A stretch of 64,000 bases of DNA from Patescibacteria group bacterium. Lineage in GTDB: Bacteria; Patescibacteriota; Minisyncoccia; Ryanbacterales; GWA2-47-10b. Positions within the stretch are counted from its first letter, which is position 1. Each line of letters opens with the position of its first letter. The notes beneath the pieces are model-generated. The model was not told where the DNA came from and searched no databases. It was given only the letters and a program-made list of their open reading frames with translations. Made by a program: the position numbers and the translations under genes. Below, in pieces: positions 59,458 through 64,000 of the stretch. Where the stretch lies: assembly GCA_038064855.1 (NCBI GenBank), contig JBBTSE010000007.1:18079-82078 (forward strand), read 5' to 3'.

Positions 59458-61335
59458 CTATAAGATATTTTCTGGATCGACGACAATGTCCCACTGGTCC
59501 GCATGGGTAGCAAGAATACCTTTGAGGTCTTCGGCGTTTTCTGTCCATTGGTGCTCATTGATACTAATAAGAAGGTGATGGCGAGAGGTATCGTTGAATG
59601 CCGCGTAGCTTGAGACATATTCGGCGTGCCCGGAGATAAGACTTTCGAGTTCTTTTACTTTTGCATCACGACGATCTCGTTGTGCATCGTGCAAGGTTGC
59701 TTTGATAAAAAGTACCGCGGGTGGCAATTGGGCTTGTACGCGCTCCATGCATTCTGTTTGCAGAAAACCCTTGGTATCTTGGCGTATAAAGTGCCCAAAG
59801 AGTTGATGGAGAGGGAATCGTGTTTGTACCCAGATAAATGATTCCGATACTTTGCCCGAGAGTTTAAGCAGTATGGAGAGCACGCGTTCGTTGATTCTGA
59901 AATCAGGTATTGAGAATAGGTTGTCAAGGTTCACCACGGCGCCGTGAGATGCCATGAGGCGCGGTTCTTCAAGTAATGCGTCAGTACCTATCAAAATACC
60001 ATTAGACGACGCAAGAAATTGAGTTATAATTTTTTCCCGTGTAGTTTTGTTTGGTGCCACAGTATCATCATAGATCCAGAATGGTCGAACAACTCCAAGC
60101 GCCTTAAGCTCTTCGGCTACGCGTTGCGTGCCTATACCATATCCACGGAGATTCCACCCCTTACAGTTGGGGCAGGGAATTTCAGGCGGCAGTTCACGCT
60201 CACATCGGTGACAGTGATACAGGCGTTTCCCACTATCGTGCATGACCAGAGGAACTTGGCATCCAGGGCAGACAAGGAGTGTACTGCAATCGCTACATAT
60301 AATGAAAGTATAAAATCCTTTTCGTGTGGTAAATAAAAGCGTTCGCTCAGTTTGGGTGGTCAGGAGCGCCAAAAGCTCGCCAGAGATGATCGGATTTTTT
60401 TGTTGACGCATGTCAATGAGAGCACCTGGTGCGTGTGGTTTGATGCGTGACGAAAGGTATTGGAGCTGTCGTTCATCTTTTAAATCTCGCATACTTGGCA
60501 GCATCTTTCCTTCGATACATTTTGCACGGATATGTTGCGCAAAGAGAGTCAATGCTTTAGCAGTATGAATGCGCGGGCGTTCCTTACGCGAGTAGTGAGG
60601 GGAGTCGGAATCTTCAATGATGATGATATCTTCAAATCCAGAAAGAAGACCAAGTGCGAGAGGGGAGGCGATGACGAGTGATGGAGATGTTTTTGCAACA
60701 ATGCGTTCACACGCGAGACGCGTTTGTTTCGGTGTAAGTGATCCATGAAGAACGACAAGATTGAGTGGTAAGTGAGAGAGCGATGAGGCGATGTATTCTA
60801 GTACCGCGAGCGTTGGGGCGAAAATAATGATTGATTGTTTTTTCGCGTATGCTTCCCGAACAGCAGTTGAGTAATACGCGATGCGTTCAGCGAACGATCC
60901 CAAGACGATCGTAGGGTGTTGATGCTGGAGTACTTGAGGAGGGATTTCAAGCGCGCGCGTTACGGGCGGCGTGTTCAGAAAAAAAGTAGGGAAAAAAAGT
61001 TTTACGATTTGCCCGACCGGCTCTTGGTAGTAGTTTGCAAGATCGCGTGCGATGGAGACCAGAGAAGGATGTATAATGTTATTTGATGCAAAAATTTTAT
61101 GAATACGCTTGAGCGCAAATGCTCCTTTTTTGATCGCAATCTTTTTTTCCGAGAGCGGTTCGCTCGCGAGTACCATTGCGGGTATGATGCGCTTCTGAAA
61201 TGGCACCAACACGAGAGTGCCAGAGGCAATAGTCTCTTTTGCAAAATAACTTAAAGCACCCGCATACTTTCGCGGTAATGGTACGAGGGGGCTCACAGAA
61301 ACAATGTGCATTTGTTCATTGTAGGGGTCTTGCAA
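59458..61335 (-). CDS. priA: primosomal protein N' (PriA) homolog with degenerate Walker A
   Basis: 3'BD N-terminus, 4-Cys zinc region CSDCSTLLVCPGCQ...CHRCE...CPNC, lobe 2 LIGTDAL. GSFAER sits where GSGKT is expected. Confidence 0.75.
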   Translation of the reverse strand: MQDPYNEQMHIVSVSPLVPLPRKYAGALSYFAKETIASGTLVLVPFQKRIIPAMVLASEPLSEKKIAIKKGAFALKRIHKIFASNNIIHPSLVSIARDLANYYQEPVGQIVKLFFPTFFLNTPPVTRALEIPPQVLQHQHPTIVLGSFAERIAYYSTAVREAYAKKQSIIIFAPTLAVLEYIASSLSHLPLNLVVLHGSLTPKQTRLACERIVAKTSPSLVIASPLALGLLSGFEDIIIIEDSDSPHYSRKERPRIHTAKALTLFAQHIRAKCIEGKMLPSMRDLKDERQLQYLSSRIKPHAPGALIDMRQQKNPIISGELLALLTTQTERTLLFTTRKGFYTFIICSDCSTLLVCPGCQVPLVMHDSGKRLYHCHRCERELPPEIPCPNCKGWNLRGYGIGTQRVAEELKALGVVRPFWIYDDTVAPNKTTREKIITQFLASSNGILIGTDALLEEPRLMASHGAVVNLDNLFSIPDFRINERVLSILLKLSGKVSESFIWVQTRFPLHQLFGHFIRQDTKGFLQTECMERVQAQLPPAVLFIKATLHDAQRDRRDAKVKELESLISGHAEYVSSYAAFNDTSRHHLLISINEHQWTENAEDLKGILATHADQWDIVVDPENIL

Positions 61336-61363
61336 GGATTCTCACAAGTCCTACCATAGGGGT

Positions 61364-61858
61364 ATGAAGTACGCGATACTTTTTGCCAAAATATTTATTT
61401 TTGCGCTTTTTATTAGTATTATGACGCGGTATATAGCCGTACAGCCATTTGTGGTTGCTGATAATGCTATGGCGCCTGAGTTTTATAAAGGAGATGTATT
61501 GCTGATCAATCGTTTTGCCGCTTTTCATCGCAATACAGTCATTGTGTTTAGGGATAGCTTAAAGAGCGAGCGCTCTTTAAGGCGCATTATTGCCCTACCG
61601 GAAGAGCGTATTACCATCAGTGATGGCATAGTTTCTATAACAGATAAGGACGGAGATACAGCTATCAAGGAATTGCCGCTCTTTGGTACGGTTACATTGA
61701 CTCTGCCAGGCGTTGGAAAAATCGATGCGCATGAGGTATTTGTGATGCCAGATCATGCTACACAAGACTTTTATGGTCTTATCGATACGCGCCATATTAT
61801 TGGTGCACCAATAGCGAGAATCTATCCATTTTCTCGGATAGCTTTTTTTAATAATTAG
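61364..61858 (+). CDS. S26 signal peptidase I-like protein lacking the Ser/Lys dyad (predicted inactive)
   Basis: PFVVADNAMAPEF aligns to PFLVEGESMEPTL (Ser to Ala). LRRIIALPEE aligns to YVKRLIGKPGE (Lys to Arg). Confidence 0.6.
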   Translation: MKYAILFAKIFIFALFISIMTRYIAVQPFVVADNAMAPEFYKGDVLLINRFAAFHRNTVIVFRDSLKSERSLRRIIALPEERITISDGIVSITDKDGDTAIKELPLFGTVTLTLPGVGKIDAHEVFVMPDHATQDFYGLIDTRHIIGAPIARIYPFSRIAFFNN

Positions 61859-62066
61859 TAATGTTTGTATAGTAAGGTTAGTAATGTTTATATAATCTCT
61901 ATCAATGTTTTAAGAAAAAATATGAATACAATAAGAAGTCACCAGAGGGCATAAAAGGACTCCAGAGCGATCAAAACATTTTTCTAAAGTATTATTCTTT
62001 CCACAAGGATTTGCTAAAAAGGGAGATTTATCGCTATCTCCTTTTTTTCTTTCATTTACAATATAA

Positions 62067-64000
<1,934 letters not shown>

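Overview
Overall picture. The window is a roughly 50% GC bacterial chromosomal segment with the gene content and style of a small-genome, CPR-like bacterium. Signs of this are tight gene packing, many ATGA stop/start overlaps, and few strong Shine-Dalgarno (SD) sites outside a handful of GC-rich inserts. No rRNA, tRNA, CRISPR array or transposase/integrase could be supported.

Housekeeping genes identified:
- A complete F1Fo ATP synthase operon, atpBEFHAGDC (16294-22317).
- The queuosine pathway genes queA and tgt.
- rsmE, fmt, def, a priA homolog, pepA, uppP, a cdaA-ybbR fusion, a SulP anion permease, an ABC exporter pair, a copA/copZ copper pump, and lexA.

Where the interesting biology is:
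1. 36171-44887. Five paralogous secreted proteins share a SipW-cognate-like signal (FAAFEAHVINVTAKIEN) and a conserved six-Cys N-domain. They carry different C-terminal modules (vWA; Cna-B plus beta-helix plus lamin-tail domain; beta-helix). A SipW-type S26 signal peptidase and a membrane accessory gene sit in the middle of the cluster. This is a TapA-SipW-TasA-like fibre/matrix locus in a very different sequence family, and it is the best candidate for an undescribed system.
2. 28859-32635. A GAAC-N4-GTTC LexA box lies in the divergent region between lexA and a minus-strand operon. The operon encodes a 112-aa single-transmembrane (TM) Arg-rich protein followed by three translationally coupled TM micro-proteins of 41, 37 and 53 aa, which are invisible in the >=60-aa ORF track. 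This is the same arrangement as lexA with the SOS division inhibitors YneA/SosA/ChiZ/DivS. The flanking genes include a RelE/ParE toxin-antitoxin pair with a third small membrane gene. On the other side is a lexA-small ORF-bcp-Cas4-like PD-(D/E)xK nuclease operon.
3. 46195-53281. A metal/redox island. It contains a secreted protein with CxHGxG repeats, a CcdA/DsbD-like membrane protein with His-rich periplasmic domains, copZ/copA, a CuA-like cupredoxin, and a 41-bp nested palindrome in the divergent promoter.

Other notable items:
- A 666-aa GG[DKN]GG glycine-rich secreted protein.
- A promoter-to-terminator minus-strand micro-gene in a GC-rich island upstream of atpB.
- A PriA homolog with a degenerate Walker A motif.
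- An S26 signal peptidase homolog that lacks both catalytic residues.
- A large HTH_17-TM-beta-helix protein that runs off the right edge of the window.
- Several GC-rich (>60%) genes that look horizontally acquired.
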